Below are positions 40,376-55,221 of a stretch of 64,000 bases of DNA, in pieces. Position 1 is the stretch's first letter, and the number at the start of each line of letters is the position of its first letter. The DNA is taken from contig OX597815.1 of the NCBI GenBank assembly GCA_951406725.2, positions 32,240,001 to 32,304,000 on the forward strand. The letters are read 5' to 3'. The position numbers and the translations under genes were made by a program. Source of the DNA: Octopus vulgaris (Eukaryota). Below the pieces are notes generated by a model. It was not told where the DNA came from. It saw only the letters and a program-made list of their open reading frames with translations, and did not search any database.

Positions 40376-40651
40376 GATCAAAAGAAGGCTAACAGCAACT
40401 ATCCTATTTTGTTATGGCTTAGAAAGCAGAGGTCCTTCTTCGGGGTTTCCGAGACTGGAGAGAAAAAAAGGAGAAAGTTATTCTCAAGTGGAAGACATAA
40501 CCTGAACGTCTGTAACAGTAAATTCTGCAGAAGAAAGCAGAATACTGGTTTTAAACTGCGTGATGGATTAAATCTAGACACTCCCACAAAGCAGAACGGT
40601 CTTCCTGAAGAGCTTCCACGCAGATTCCGTTTACAAAATTTCATTCAATAA
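40376..40651 (+). CDS. Possible terminal exon or 3' UTR region
   Basis: Non-repetitive open frame DQKKANSNYPILLWLRKQ...QNFIQ* overlapping an AATAAA at ~40647. Acceptor-like sites at 40351 and 40375. Splice partner unclear. Confidence 0.25.
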   Translation, partial: DQKKANSNYPILLWLRKQRSFFGVSETGEKKRRKLFSSGRHNLNVCNSKFCRRKQNTGFKLRDGLNLDTPTKQNGLPEELPRRFRLQNFIQ

Positions 40652-41759
40652 AAGTATAGTTAATCTGAGCCCATGTCAGAAAATGCTGAACAGTGAAAAC
40701 CCCGTGCAACTGTACTTTTCTTTTACTTCTAGTTCAATATTTGAAGACACTAAGGCTGTACCGAAGTCAACAGGGTGTTGAACTAATCGCTGTCTCGGAG
40801 GTCCTGGAATAGATTATGGCCACTGCTCTTGCCACTCTGACCAAGCAATGTAAACAATAAATTTCAAATACACATTAGTGTTAACATACTTAATCACATC
40901 TAATGGTGGCGTAGCTAGACTGCCCACCGCCCTGGGCAGCCATTGAGTTTGCCGCCCCCTCCTGGGCCACGAAGCCTATTACAGGCTTATATAGCAGATC
41001 CAAAAATGCACATATCCTTAAAAGCGTTGCTCAGAGTGGACCGACCCTTAAAAGCGTCGCTTAGGGTGGACCGATCCTCGACAATCGCTAGCCATATTTC
41101 TGGCGCTTAATGTGTGATATTAGATCCCAAATTAAGGTGAGATCGAACGGACGTATAATCAAAGACATCACAGCGTTGGCAGCTCGGGCTTCGGACATGG
41201 TTCATCTCAGACAACAGAGTCTAATGTGAACTTCCTTTTTAAAAAAAGAAGAGAAAACATGGTAATGGTAACGTGTGCTTTGCAAAAGATTTTGCTCCTA
41301 TTTCTAGCAGGTCGAGCGACTACGCGAAAACACTCAGGGCTCGAAGGAACACCTATGTGATACCAGTAACGTGCTGCTGTAGTTTCAACCGTCTATACTC
41401 TTTTTCTACAAATGTGTACGTCGAAAACAGAAATCAATCATTAAAGTATTGACGTCAGTGCCGGAAGAAAAGCAAGGGAGTTCTGGATTAAACGCTTTGC
41501 AGTAATAAGCTCCGATAACACTACAAGTTCAAATACCGCTGCTATAAAAATTTCGTGTTTTAGACTCGATATATTAAATACTGGTAAATTCGATCAATAC
41601 CTATCCTTCAAATCTATAGACATATTGAATAATGTAGTTCTGACTACATCTTATCTGAAAAAAAAAAATCTGGAAGGTCGCAAACAGAATGACTTAGCTC
41701 TCGTAAGATCGATCAGATCTGACCAGGAGTTAAACAGCATACATACATACATACACACA

Positions 41760-41818
<59 letters not shown>

Positions 41819-41889
41819 CATACATATGTATATACATATATATACATATATATATATATATATACATATATACTATACTATACATGTAG

Positions 41890-41927
<38 letters not shown>

Positions 41928-41959
41928 TACATACAATACATATAGTATATGTATATATA

Positions 41960-43252
41960 CGAGAGGTATCAGAAAGTTCCCGGGTTAGTTGTGTTTGATA
42001 AAGCATAACTTATTCACCTAAGTTTTAATATCCTCTCCTTCGAAATAGTCCACCTTGCGCAACAATACATCGGACACTTTTGGAATCCGGCCTGAAATTC
42101 TTTTTCAATAACCGAGTCGAGGACATTCTGCGATTGGCTCTGGTTCTCGACAACAGTGTTTTTCATCTTGGGGAAGAGATGGAAGTCTGCAGATGCTAAA
42201 TCTGGCGAATAGGGCAGGTGTGGATGTGGTACCATGTTGTTTTGGGCGAGAAACTCACGGATGAGGAGATCTCGGTGACAGGGTAAATTATCGTCGTGAA
42301 GAATCCAATTCTTTGCACTCCTCAGTTCCAGTCACTTTCACCAAATGTCATCCCTCGAACGCTTCAAAACGTCTCCATAGAACTTTTGATTGATGGTCTG
42401 GCCCTGGTGGGGCGGGGGCGAATTCTCGATGCACAATACTGTGGATGTCGAAGAAAAAAATACGATGAGCATACTCTTGTTTGAGCTGCAGCTCTATCGT
42501 GCCTTCTACAGTCGTGGAGATGAAGGCTTCTTCCATTGTGGCGACAGCTGCTTCGTCTCAAGGTCGTACCCGTAGACCCAACTCTCGTGACCGGTGATGA
42601 TCCGTGACATGAAGGATGGGTCATCAGCGGCACGCTAACAAGAGATCTTGACAGACTTTGACGCGATGTTTTTTCTTCCCAGTGGTCAGCAGGCAGGGGA
42701 CAAACTTAGCAGAGAAATGCCACGTGTTCAATTCAGACGTTAGGATTTCCTGCAACGACCCATACGACAGACCAAAACATCAGCAAAAAAATCAGTCGTT
42801 GATTGTCCTCCGACGATCCTCATGCTCAAGCTGAGGAATTTTATCCACATTTCCGTGGGGTGGGAGCACTCGTGGTAGGTCTTCCGGATCGCTCGTCGTC
42901 TTCCAGAGACGTTCTTCCGCTTTTGAAGCGCCTGTGCCACTCGAAATATTGCATACGACCCATTACCTCGTCGCTGTAAACTTGCCAAAGCATGCTCAAT
43001 GCCTCTGTAGTAGACTCCCCAAGTTTAATGCAAAATTTCCCGTTGACTCTTTGTCCCATCTTCCTGTCCATGACAAAATTGCAGCCGTGATCACAAACGC
43101 ACAAATTTCAGAACTTGCGAAGTAAACACGGCAACGTCATTCGACACACAGCCTCATGAAGGTCACTGCTAGCTCTCACTGCGCACACAACCGTATGCTG
43201 CCATCTGTTGGCGCGTACAAAGCTAGTCTGGGAGCTTTTTGATACCATCTCG
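41960..43252 (-). mobile_element. Full-length (~1.29 kb) mariner with degraded transposase
   Basis: TIRs cgagaggtatcagaaagttccc / gggagctttttgataccatctcg flanked by TA. Fragments KFCIKLGES...FEWHRRFKSGRTSLEDDERSGRP, a TGDESWVY-like motif and HLPYSPDLASADFHLFPKMK. Confidence 0.93.
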
Positions 43253-43255
43253 TAC

Positions 43256-43356
<101 letters not shown>

Positions 43357-43743
43357 GTGCGCGCGTGTGTTTGAAGTGGTGTACAAGTTTTATATTGTAA
43401 GAAAAAGGAGGCAGTGAAAGTTTTAGCTAATTATTCATTTAACGCTTTCATCTCGTTTCAAAGATCCATATATATACATATATATATTTGCAGAAAAATT
43501 CCTGGCTTTGGGCAAAAGAAAATGCTGGAGGATCAGTTAATTATGATCTTATTCAACATATTCCCCTCTTAAATTCGCTCACTTATTGCAGTGGTCCTTC
43601 AGTTTTTTCTAAACCCTGTAAAAGAACACGGGAGGTCGGCCCTTCAACCAGACTTTTTTTGCGACACCTTTTAAGAACTTTTCACCAACCCCTCGTGATA
43701 TGTATATAATATACGCATACACATATACACATATTTATATATA

Positions 43744-43797
<54 letters not shown>

Positions 43798-43874
43798 TAC
43801 CCAGGTATCGGTTAAACGAATTATCCATAAAAAGATATTTCATTTTTCTACTCAAATATATATATATATATATA

Positions 43875-43912
<38 letters not shown>

Positions 43913-44017
43913 TACATATTTTCAGGAGAGGCAGACAGATCTGAAGCAGACGTGGAGTAGAGCGGGCATGTCATAAATGAAATCGCGAATGGCGAGGAAA
44001 AAACTTTGACAAAACTA

Positions 44018-44049
<32 letters not shown>

Positions 44050-44255
44050 GACCGAACGATTAATCAAATAATCGATTTCTTAAATGGTTTAATTTTTAAC
44101 TAATTGACTAATGATTCTAATAAAAAAAAAGTGAAATAGAACAAAAGCGTGTCTTGATTATTGGTGTAATGACCCTCCCCCATATACAACAAAGTCTGTT
44201 CCAACAGATGAGTTCACAGCAAGAATCTTGGAAACCGAATACAAAGACGAAATAG

Positions 44256-44306
<51 letters not shown>

Positions 44307-44461
44307 TAAATTAGAGATAAAACCACTATTAGGCAAATCAAACAGTGAAAATCATAAACCAATACATAGAAATAAAATTAATTAATAAAAAATATATAAA
44401 ATATAAAATTCAAAATTAAATTATTTAATATATATATACATAGACATGTATAAACATACAA

Positions 44462-44511
<50 letters not shown>

Positions 44512-44639
44512 GTTAAACTATTTATATTAAACTACATTAAACTATATTGACATTAGTTCGTGTGGTATTCCCACGTTTTGAATGCTACATATTTTTAGGA
44601 GCATTTTTTTAATTCCTTTACGATTACATTTTACTATGG

Positions 44640-44950
44640 AGAATTAGCTTCAAGATCGCCTTGATGGAACGTTCAGTAACTTTCTCATAAGGGCTCACAA
44701 CATCTCAGAAGTGAGCACAAGACCAAAGAGGAGATTTATGGACTCATTTTTGCTGGCCACTACTATCGTACTGAACACCAGGCCGTATTAGATGTGATGT
44801 TTTCGAGAGATTCCGCACCCTAATAATAGACGAAGACCATTCAGTTACATTGATGTCGTTGGCAAAGATACACCACACGAAACTAGAGACATACCGAAGC
44901 TAAAGTGCTACAGGAGTTCTGACTTGGTATGGTGAGACGCATCTCAGTTG
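44640..44950 (+). mobile_element. Old LINE C-terminal relic
   Basis: Degenerate reading LIRAHNIS...KTKEEIYG...FAGHYYR...RRPFSYIDVVGKDT, similar to RTE-like ORF ends. Confidence 0.5.
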
Positions 44951-46211
44951 CTGCCTCTTGGAGATATTGTGTCAACAGTAACTTGTACCCCAACCTTAAG
45001 ACGTAGTAAGATTGAGTTTCAATCCGTTTGGAATGGAATTTACCTTTCGTTCTTCTAAAGCTCGATAAAATAGTATTTGTTAAGTCCTAGAATTGATTTA
45101 ATCGATCCCTCCGTCAAAAAACTGTGCTGTTATGGAAAGTAGAAATGGTTTTGGTGGAAACCAGTGACATAGGTTGAGTGCGGGCTGTTCAGGACAGCCC
45201 TCGGGTTTGCTGTCACCGAAGCATTCCGCTATCATACAGTAGACCCATAAGTGCCGCCTTTATAAAAGCGAGGCGGACTACTCCCGTCTCCACACAGCAG
45301 ACTGCTCTCATCGCCAGCCCAACCGCCATCCAGCTACGTATCATATGTTTAGAGAGAGCAGAGCATTGGACTACATGTTTTCTGATATTCGTTTTAATAA
45401 AATGCTGATCAGTTCAGTATCTAGATCAACTCAATAAATCATTAAGTTAGCTTATGTGTTTGTGTTAAGTATTGAGTTTTTACAAAAATGTCTAAATAAA
45501 CATAGAAATAACATGTTGTAAAAGGTATTAAGCACCACAAACAGTAAGTGTTGGAGAAATCAATTGCAGTAAAGTAGGTTCATCGTTTAAACAAACTTTT
45601 GCGGTCAAGTGAGAGATGCAAATATCGTGGTGTGTGAAACTTCATTGCAATGGCTTTCAAATAAATCACGAAATCACACATTACCTTCGAACAAAGGATA
45701 ACTTTAAAACAGTTTACAATATGAAATAAATTTTTCGCCTTAAATAAAGAGGATCAGTCTAACCTTAGAGCAGGACCTTTTAAAATAGTTTCAATAATCC
45801 AATCATACAAGTGATATGAACTAAAAATAAAAGAAAATTAGTCAGCCAGATTTAAACACGCAGTAAATTTGGACGAAAACCAGTTAATAAGAAGGAGATG
45901 CCCCGGCATGACCACAGTCCACTAATTAAAACAAGTAAAAAATAAAAAATAATATTAACAATAAACAAAAATCACTAAATTTTTTTATTATTATTTCTTG
46001 TTATTGTATTTATCTGAACCGCTAATTATATAATTTTGTCTGTGAGTGTATTAAAATGTCACCTAAGGAATCATAGTACTGACCAAGTTATCGCTGAGAG
46101 GAAGATGTTTTGGACCGTGGGAGAAACTTATTTTAATTAATTTCTGTATGTCCTGATTTGACCGATATAAATTAATTTTGACACTGTCCATTTGCCTGGT
46201 GGTTGGATATG

Positions 46212-46520
46212 TTGTTGTGTTTGTTCCTTCTCGAGCCACGCCTGGCTCATAAGGGCCGGTTTCCCGGTTTCCTTAGCGTATAGATTCCCCACCTGGACGG
46301 GACGCCGGTCCGTCGCAGGTAAGCTGCAAGTTGCAGGAGGAAAGAGTGAGAGAAAGTTGTGGCGAAAGAGTCAGCAGAAGTTCGCCATTACCCTCTGTCG
46401 GAACCGCGTGGAGCTTAGGCGTTTCGCTCATAAACACATTCATCGTCCGGTCTGAGATTCGAACCCACGATCCCTCGACCGCGAGTCCGCTGCTCTAACC
46501 ACTAGGCCATGTGTCTCCAC
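46212..46520 (-). mobile_element. SINE family B-related copy
   Basis: tRNA head at the right end, (CAA)n tail, and 14 bp TSD ggtggttggatatg at 46198-46211 and 46521-46534. Confidence 0.9.
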
Positions 46521-46656
46521 GGTGGTTGGATATGCCTATGAGGCAGTGAAAATTCGTACCGCATTGCGAGTTCGTTTCATAAGTTTGTGATTCAAACTAT
46601 ATTGTCTGGAGAAGTGAATAAACACTAAATCTATTGCATGAAGTGCATAATTTTGT

Positions 46657-46704
46657 ATGTTGTATGAAATAAACGGTGTTTGTTCATCGAAACGTTCGTA
46701 ACAT
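46657..46704 (+). ncRNA. Decayed hammerhead motif
   Basis: atgt-tgtATGA-aataaac ggtgttt gttcatc-GAA-AC gttc GT-A-acat. Core and stem II are mutated. Confidence 0.4.
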
Positions 46705-46881
46705 TGATTTGACTTACCTTTTTCTCGGTTAAAATTATTGCTATTCACTCTCTGAGGATTATAATATGACTATTTGATATACCACATAGTAATCCGTATT
46801 GGATTACTGCGTGGTATGATAGCCTGCTCCGGGAGAGAAGCTTTCTGTGATAGCCACAGGATTTTATGAATCCATATTTCG

Positions 46882-46884
<3 letters not shown>

Positions 46885-46932
<48 letters not shown>

Positions 46933-46936
46933 CATG

Positions 46937-46969
<33 letters not shown>

Positions 46970-46972
46970 CAT

Positions 46973-47038
<66 letters not shown>

Positions 47039-47149
47039 GCATGTATATATATATAAATATATATATATATACATATATACATACGTACATACATACATAC
47101 ATACATACATACATACATACATACATACATACATACATACATACATACA

Positions 47150-47181
<32 letters not shown>

Positions 47182-47264
47182 CATACGTATGTATGTATGT
47201 ATGTATGTATGTATGTATGTATGTATGTATGTATGTATGTATGTATGTGTGTGTGTAGAGAGAG

Positions 47265-47343
<79 letters not shown>

Positions 47344-47345
47344 GG
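46885..47345. repeat. Compound microsatellite (TA)n/(TACA)n/(TATG)n/(GAAA)n, representative of dozens of such tracts in the window
   Basis: Seen directly in the sequence. Confidence 0.97.
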
Positions 47346-47627
47346 TTATAGGCCACCTGCCATTATGGTCTGAAGAGACGCTGTAAATCTAAGCGCTTTA
47401 TGGACGTGAAACTCTGGGTAACTCCATAGACCGGCCATTTCTGACTTTATCTAATTATACACACGCACACACACATATATGTATGTATGTATATATACAT
47501 ATATATGTATTGGAAAATGTGAGAGATTTTTGGTACAGTTAGGTATATTGGAAAAAAGAAACAGAATAACTTCACTGGTAGTTCTAATCAGTTTAATTTA
47601 TTATTTTTTAATGTTATATATATATAT

Positions 47628-47796
47628 GGAGTGGGTGTGTGGTAAGTAGCTTGCTTACCAACCACATGGCTCCAGGTTCAATCCCACTACGTAGCACCTT
47701 GAACAAGTGTCTTCTGGTCGACCTTGGGTCGACCAAATCCTTGTCAGTGGATTTGGTAGACGAAACTGAAAGGAGCCCGTCGTATATATATATGTA

Positions 47797-47858
<62 letters not shown>

Positions 47859-48070
47859 TATGTATATATATATATGTTCGTGTCAGTATTTGTCTCCCCA
47901 TCATCGCTAGACAACCGATGTTGGTGTGTTTACGTCCCCGTAACCCAGCGGTTCGGCAAAAGGGACCGATAGATTAGGCTTACAAAGAATAGGTCCTGGG
48001 GTCGATTCGTTCGAGTAAAGGTGATGCTCCAGCATGGCCGCAGTCAAATGACTGAAACCAGTAAAAGAAT
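47628..48070 (+). mobile_element. SINE family A copy
   Basis: Reverse complement of the 458-970 consensus. Confidence 0.9.
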
Positions 48071-48111
48071 ATATCATATACATATATATATTATACATCT
48101 ATGTACATATA

Positions 48112-48147
<36 letters not shown>

Positions 48148-48213
48148 CATTATACATCAATGTACATATATGATATGTATATATATATACATATATGTGT
48201 GTGTGTGTGTGTT

Positions 48214-48252
<39 letters not shown>

Positions 48253-48385
48253 TTGTAAATATGTATACATATATATAATATATACATATACATTTATATA
48301 TATACATATATGTATATGTATGTATATATATATATAAATATATATATATGTATATACATATATGTATACATTTATATATACATAC

Positions 48386-48434
<49 letters not shown>

Positions 48435-48506
48435 GTATACACATATATATATACATATAAGTATATATGTATATATACATACATGCATATGCATATATTT
48501 ACATAC

Positions 48507-48554
<48 letters not shown>

Positions 48555-49157
48555 TATGCACATGCATCAATGTGTCTATATCTTATAGATTTTCGGTATA
48601 TACACAAATCTTCTCCGATTTCTACAAAGTATTAAAGAAAATCAAAAATTTTCCTTAAGTATAGAAAAAGTCTAACAGAATGAAATTAATGATGATCTAC
48701 AAAAATCAGTTAATTTGTGAAATATGACATTTTGTATGCCCGTACCCGTGATGATTGGGGTGGATGGAGAATTATGTTCTAGCATTTTTTTGAAGAATCT
48801 AAAATTCGTTGAAACCATTCACCCGCATGCTGTTTTGGTGCAATGCGAAGATAGAGCCCAACCCCAAATGTCAGAAATACTTTTCCTCAAAGCATACGAA
48901 TTAATTTTCTTTTACATAATTCAGTGTAACCTGTTAGTGAAACTGAGGGTACAACAGAATATAACGGAAAAATGATTACCCTACCCAGTTTAGACTTTCG
49001 GTTAAAACTTTTTCTATTCATATTTAACCAATAATTTTTTCGGGAAACGAAGCAGTTTCGTTCTGCTTTGAAACGTGTGGCTTTATTCATCCCCCAGAAA
49101 AACTAACAATAACTATAAGGTTCTTCATACTTCATTATTAAAACCTTTCTACTAATT

Positions 49158-50360
49158 GCAGCGAGCTGGCAGAAACGTTAGCACGCCGGACGAAATGCGT
49201 AGCCTATTTCGTCTGCCGTTACGTTCGGAGTTCAAATTCGGCCGAGGTCGACTTTGCCTTTCATCCTTTCGGGGTTGATAAATTAAGTATCAGTTACGCA
49301 CTGGGGTCGATGTAATCGACTTAATAACTATGTCTGTCCTTGTTTGTCCCCTCTATGTTTAGCTTAGCCCCTTGTGGGTAATAAAGAAATAGGTGCCTGC
49401 CTTTAGGTTCTGAGTTCAAATTCCGCCGAGGTCGACTTTGCCTTTTATTCTTTCGGGATGGATAAATTAAGTACCAGTTGCGTACTGGGGTCGGTCTTAT
49501 CGACTGGCTCCCTCCCCAAAAATTTCGGGCCTTGTGCCTAGAATAGAAATGAATATTGTGAATTTATTTCAAAATAAACTTATCAATACACGATGACTAA
49601 AATCCTTTCTGACAGAAGTACAACGCCTGAAATTTTGGAGGAGGAGGGTAGTCGATTACATCGACCCCAGTGTTTCACTGGTACTTATCTTATCGAACCC
49701 GAAAGGATGAAAGGCAAAGTCGACCTCGGTGCAATTTGAACCCAGAATGTGAAGACGGATGAAATGCCTCGAAGCATTTTGCCGGTTCGCCGTCTTATAC
49801 AATAACTAAAATACAATGCTTTATTTGGAGAAGTAGAAGCGTGAATTTTATTTAGAGGTAGCTCTAAGTAATAATGATTTATGTTAAGAATGATGCCCTT
49901 CGGCAGAGCTAATGAGGAGACTAATTCATTTAACACTCAACTTTATTCTTGCTGTGATTTTCCAATTGAGTAATACATCGTGATTTTTAGTTATAGTACA
50001 ATGCAATAAATTTGTTGGGGGTGAGATAGTCGATAAAATCATTCCCAGTACTAGAAAGGATTAAAAGCTAGATCAACTCCGCCGGAATTTGAACTCAGAA
50101 TGTAAAGGGACGGAACTATATACTGCAAAGCGTACTGACAGTCGTTCTACTGACTTCTAATCCATCAATAAAAAACTATTGTTATTATGGGCGGCCAACT
50201 TCCGGCTTCTTTCTGGGTTCAAATTCTGCTGAGATTGACTTTGCCTTTCATTCTTTTGAAGTCGATGAAATAAGTATCATTTGAGCACTGGCAAGACATA
50301 ATTGGCTAGCATTCCTGCTTCCCACAAAATTGCAGGCTTTGTGCCTATAATAGAAAGGGT
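49158..50360. mobile_element. Cluster of SINE family C copies in both orientations; more at ~52638-52850, 58120-58990, 59620-59960, 60590-60800
   Basis: Shared core gttcaaattccgccgaggtcgactttgcctttcatcctttcggggtcgataaa. Confidence 0.85.
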
Positions 50361-50832
50361 TATGAGCGGTCATATTGCAGTATTCACTGAAGATGGCCGA
50401 GTCTATAGACTATTCCTAGACTTGACCATTCATCACTTTTAGAGTTGGTGAAATAGTGACTAGTAAGACAACGGGGATTAATAATAAACAGACTTTATAC
50501 TCTTTTCGTACGAATATGGACGTGTGCCAAATCAAAAGATTATTTGACGTAGCGTGTCTAAGATTGGCAAACGTCAAACTGTCCCCCACCACATCCAAAG
50601 AAAAAACACTCCGTTTCAATCTCTTTATTAATGAGAAGACAATGTAGATTTTGCGTCTATATAACTCTTGTATATTCCCCCATGATGTTGGACAAGTTTT
50701 AAAAAGTTGGAGACGATCTTAATTTTAGTTATATATTATTTTTTCCACCCCATTTTCAATCCTCATAGCCACCATCATCCCCATGTGAAACACTGGTATT
50801 AACATTAATAAAATGATATCGAACATTTTCAG

Positions 50833-50999
50833 ACGCAGATTCATTGGACGAGAACTTGTTAACCGAGATATTTAGTTTTCTAGATCAGAAAACTTTAATA
50901 TTCACTTTACCTTTGGTTTGTAAGAAATGGAAAAGAGCGAGTTGCCATCCTTCGCTATGGCAATTAGTTGCTTTTTCCCATGGTCGCATGACAACGAAC
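50833..50999 (+). CDS. FBXO41: F-box domain exon, FBXO41-like
   Basis: attttcag|AC acceptor (phase 1) and AAC|gtaaga donor. DSLDENLLTEIFSFLDQKTLIFTLPLVCKKWKRASCHPSLW fits the F-box consensus (LPxEILxxIFSFL...VCKxW). Confidence 0.85.
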
Positions 51000-53859
51000 G
51001 TAAGAAAAATATTTCTTTTTTTCTGCTTTATTTTTATAATTTGTTTTATTCTCGCTTGAGCTGTTTTTCTTTCGGCGATGTTTTGCTTCTTGATCCAGCA
51101 AGTCAAACTACTGAAGTCAGTCAAGACCGGCATAATAAAATCAAAGTAAAATAATATACGATTGTACTCGACCGAATCAAGCAGTGAAAACTGAGAGGAT
51201 ATTTTTATTTGAAATTAAAAATTTGAATTGACTGAATGGAATTATGTGGTAGGTGATGTTTTGAATTAATACAATGAACACTGAAAGTACAATTAACTTC
51301 TTTGTGCTGTTGGCATTAATTCATAATTCAGAGTAGGCAGTAATGAACCAATGCTTCAATCACACCACACATGTACGGACGGAAAAACTTGGAACTGTTG
51401 AGTATGCAACCAAGATCAAAGTATAGGACGAGATTCTGTCTTCACTGGGTCGCATATCGCATTGCTTTGCCTCATAAAGCTTATATATTAGTGGGCAGCA
51501 GCTGTCTACAAACAATATCTTGTGAAGTAGCTTGTCGATAAAGAAGCAATCGATAACTGGTATAATTGTTCAAGATATAGATATATATATAGATATATAT
51601 ATCAAAGGCATTTTTTAAGACACCAGATTTTAGAAGTACCAATTTGTTATGCAGGGTTTCTTTCGCTCTCCCTGCCGAGTTTCCGGTAAACAACATTTTC
51701 TGCCGACTTCAGTTGTTTCATTTCCAGGATCACCAAGTGAAACAAGGCCTTACTCTTTTTATATACTAGTAAATCGTTTGGGTTTATGTTCAGATTAAAA
51801 CCACAACTATTGTAACCACTAAACCTTTCATCTCACACCAATGAAAATGTATGCCCGAAGCAACGAGCTTCTTTTTTACTCGTGACATGTAATTTATTGT
51901 AATTAATTTGATTAGAATTCACTCAGGTGTGGTTCCATAGTCTGCTGTGTGTGTCAGACATTGCCATTAAACAGACACTAGAACAGAGTCTGTTTTTACT
52001 GTTTTCTAAAATAGTTGTAGAGTTAAATATAAATTTTAAAAATTCGAAAAAATTTATTTTCAAAAAAGCTTAGATTTATGAGACAGATGAACGTGTGTGC
52101 GTGTATGTGCACACGCGCGTGGTACAGGAACAAGCTTTCATTCAAACTCTACCAAATAATCTTGTTAGTCCGAGTGTACGATGCATTTGTGCTGTGTAAA
52201 AAATCTATTGAGGAAACCAACATTTTGCGATGCATTCTGGGTTCTTTGAAGAATGTGAGAGATTAGTGTGATTAAAAATGGCAATGGTGTGTATCATTCA
52301 TGAGTAGAAGATACAGAGTTTTTCATAAATAATTGGAATATATATTGAGCAAATTGCAATTTGAGCTAAGAGTTTATATTAGGTTAACAGAAACAACTGA
52401 ACACATCATTTAAAATGTAAAAGATGCACTCAATCGCTTTTGCCAAAACGTACTTGATCTTTTTACGTGTTCTGAGTTTACGTATTCGACTTTGTTTTAT
52501 GGTTTAAGGTTTAATAAAAAAAAAAAAATGCGTACCAGTAATGTATTAATGGGATTCAAGTATCCAACAACTTCTGTTCCGCGAAACAAATTGCTTCGTT
52601 ATTTCTAAGCCAAGTGAAATGAATATTTAATGAACAGAAGGCAGCAAGCTGGCAGAATCGTTAATACACCAGGCAGAATGCTTTGTAGTATTTTGTCCAA
52701 GGCTACGTTCTGAGGTCAAATTCTGCCGAGGTTTTTGCCGTCCATTCTTTCGGAGTCAATAAAATAAGTACCAGTTGAGCACTAGGGTCGGTGTAATCGA
52801 CTTATCCCGTCCCTCAAAATTACTGGCCTTGTGTCTAAATTTGAAACCAATATTTAATGAGCAGTAAATTAGGGATTATTTTCTGACCCGACAATACTAA
52901 ATCTGTAATATATTTGGTTAGTGTTTATATTGATATTGATAATGAGATTTCCTATTACTTGATGATATCTTATATATGAGGAACAAATATTTGGGCTGTA
53001 TTTGTAATGAATTTGTCCTAAGAGGATTTAACAGCCACAGCTTCCCCCTAAAACAGATCGGATTTGCGGCTGTGAAATACCACCACGCTGAATCCCACTG
53101 GGAGATTACATCAGCACAGAAAACTATATTTTACATAGTGTTTTAAGATTTAGTTTATCTAATGTAATCCCATCCATCACCAACTCTAGTCGAATTTACA
53201 AACACATGACACCCAACTAGAATTAAAACTGAATTGCTCATTTAATACTCTAGGAGTTAATTACTATTTTATAGTGTTCCTACATGAAAAAGCTGAGATT
53301 ACAAAATGTTTTAGTTGCTAAGGATTTCTGAGACATGTTTGGGGTAGCATTTTAAGGTTCAATGTCACGAATTTATAAGGAAAAGGAATAAAATTGTATG
53401 GCGTTCATGCCTTCTCCATGAGCTTTAGAGCAGAGTAATTGAAATGAAATAGCTTCAACTAGGAATAGAAAATGGTTTGTGAATTCGCCTTGCAGACTGA
53501 TTATTTTTTCACTGTGTAGTGTTTGCGTTCTAAACTGTTAAATATTTTAGGAAGCAAAGAAACGGGGTACTGTGAATTTGCTTCCTTCTTATTTTCTGTT
53601 ACTCGCTTTTACTTCATTCTTAATTAGTATTTCTAATGTTTGGGGAAAAGAAGCTAGTTCATATGTCAGGAGATACACTCCCTTAAATCGATTCGAGTAA
53701 ATTAATATATAGTCGAAGTCGACTTCAGATTTGAACTGATTTAAATTCAGAACTGTTAACGAATATCACTTTATTTTCTAAAGATAAAAAATGTTCATTA
53801 CTTTGATATCATTAAAACATCTTATTTTAACTTCAACTGTCATTGTTCTACTCATTTAG

Positions 53860-53914
53860 TTTCTGGAAAAATTCTCCCAGAGATTTACGAACCTGAGGGA
53901 ACTTTGTTTTGATA
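53860..53914 (+). CDS. FBXO41: FBXO41-like exon
   Basis: ctcatttag|TTT acceptor and GATA|gtaagt donor. Encodes FLEKFSQRFTNLRELCFD. Phase 0 in, phase 1 out. Confidence 0.8.
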
Positions 53915-55221
53915 GTAAGTACATTTAAAAACAATAAATCGTTTTGTTTGTTTCTTGCTGGGGTGAGTATCACTTTTCATTCGTCACTATCCGACCTGTG
54001 TCATTACTACAGTCACAATTTCACTCATCCTCTACCTTAAACCGTGTCATTCTCTAACTCTTCAGTGGCTTTTGATATCACAAATTACACTACCTTAGTC
54101 ACCCACTACCTAAGATTGTTTCACTAACTATGCTCTAACTTCAATGTGGTGTCTAATGGAAGGAATGAACTTCAACAAAAAAGGATAAATTAAATAGTTT
54201 GCCTTGGGTGTATTTGAATTGTGACATCGTAACGTACGAAGAATATACTAAATATGTCGTATTGTGACATTATGACATGTGACATACTAAAACTGCAGAG
54301 TTGTATCACGTTTAAGTTTTAGCAAAAGGAATAATAATTGTGGCTTTGTGTTGTTTGACGCACAAAAATTCTGCCACTTATGACTTTATTATTTTATGGC
54401 ATTGTGAGTTAAACAAAGTGTTTACAGTGCAGCAAAGTGAAATTTTAGCATTTATAATGTTCTATAACTGTAGTAATGAGGAGAACTAAATCACAGCCAT
54501 GGTGATGTAAAAATTGTGGTAATTTGTTATAGCAAACGTGATGTACTACAATTGAAGCAACTATGATGTAATAAAATAGTGGATTTATGTATTGTGATGC
54601 ACAAAACTTTATGGCAATAGTGTTCTAAAATTGTAGATATGGTGATGTAAACAACTTGTAATAGTGTGTTTATATTAAAAATTGTCATTGTGACGTATTG
54701 GTACTTTAGTATGAAGTACAAAGTTGCAGAATTATATAATATACTAGAACTGTGACGTTGTAATGCACTAAAATTGTGCAATTGTCCCGGATTAATATTA
54801 GGAAATAAATTGTGGTACTAAAATGGTGGTTGTGATTTACTGTTTTGCCATATAATAAATATGTGATATACTGTACACTAAACTTGTAGAATTTTGATGT
54901 TTTTTTTATCTTCTAAACTTGTAAACTTCGGAGGTTTCGTCATATATTAATTGTGATTTTGTAAGTTTAGGCACTATAATGCCATAAATCTACACTGTAA
55001 AGTTTTGGCATTATAATATTAAAATATACTGAAACTTAAGACGTTGTGCTATTTACTAGGATTGTTGATTATACCATAAATTGATCTATCAACTAGGTTT
55101 CGATAGAAAAATTAGGAAAGCTATAGAGTATGATATGTAGAAATTGGAATATACAAAACAATTTTTATTTTCAACTCAAGTATCTCTAAAAAAATAATCT
55201 TTCCTATTTGCTTTTCGACAG

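Noticed and set aside
40597-40630. CTGAAGAG in the candidate terminal exon
   Set aside because: No downstream GAAA or stems.
45530-45720. Possible second GIY-YIG relic (EINCS...CGQ...ETSLQ)
   Set aside because: It needs several frameshifts and cannot be supported without a profile search.
54200-55060. Region rich in attgtg/ttgtga motifs
   Set aside because: No definable unit or period. Treated as degenerate low-complexity intron sequence.
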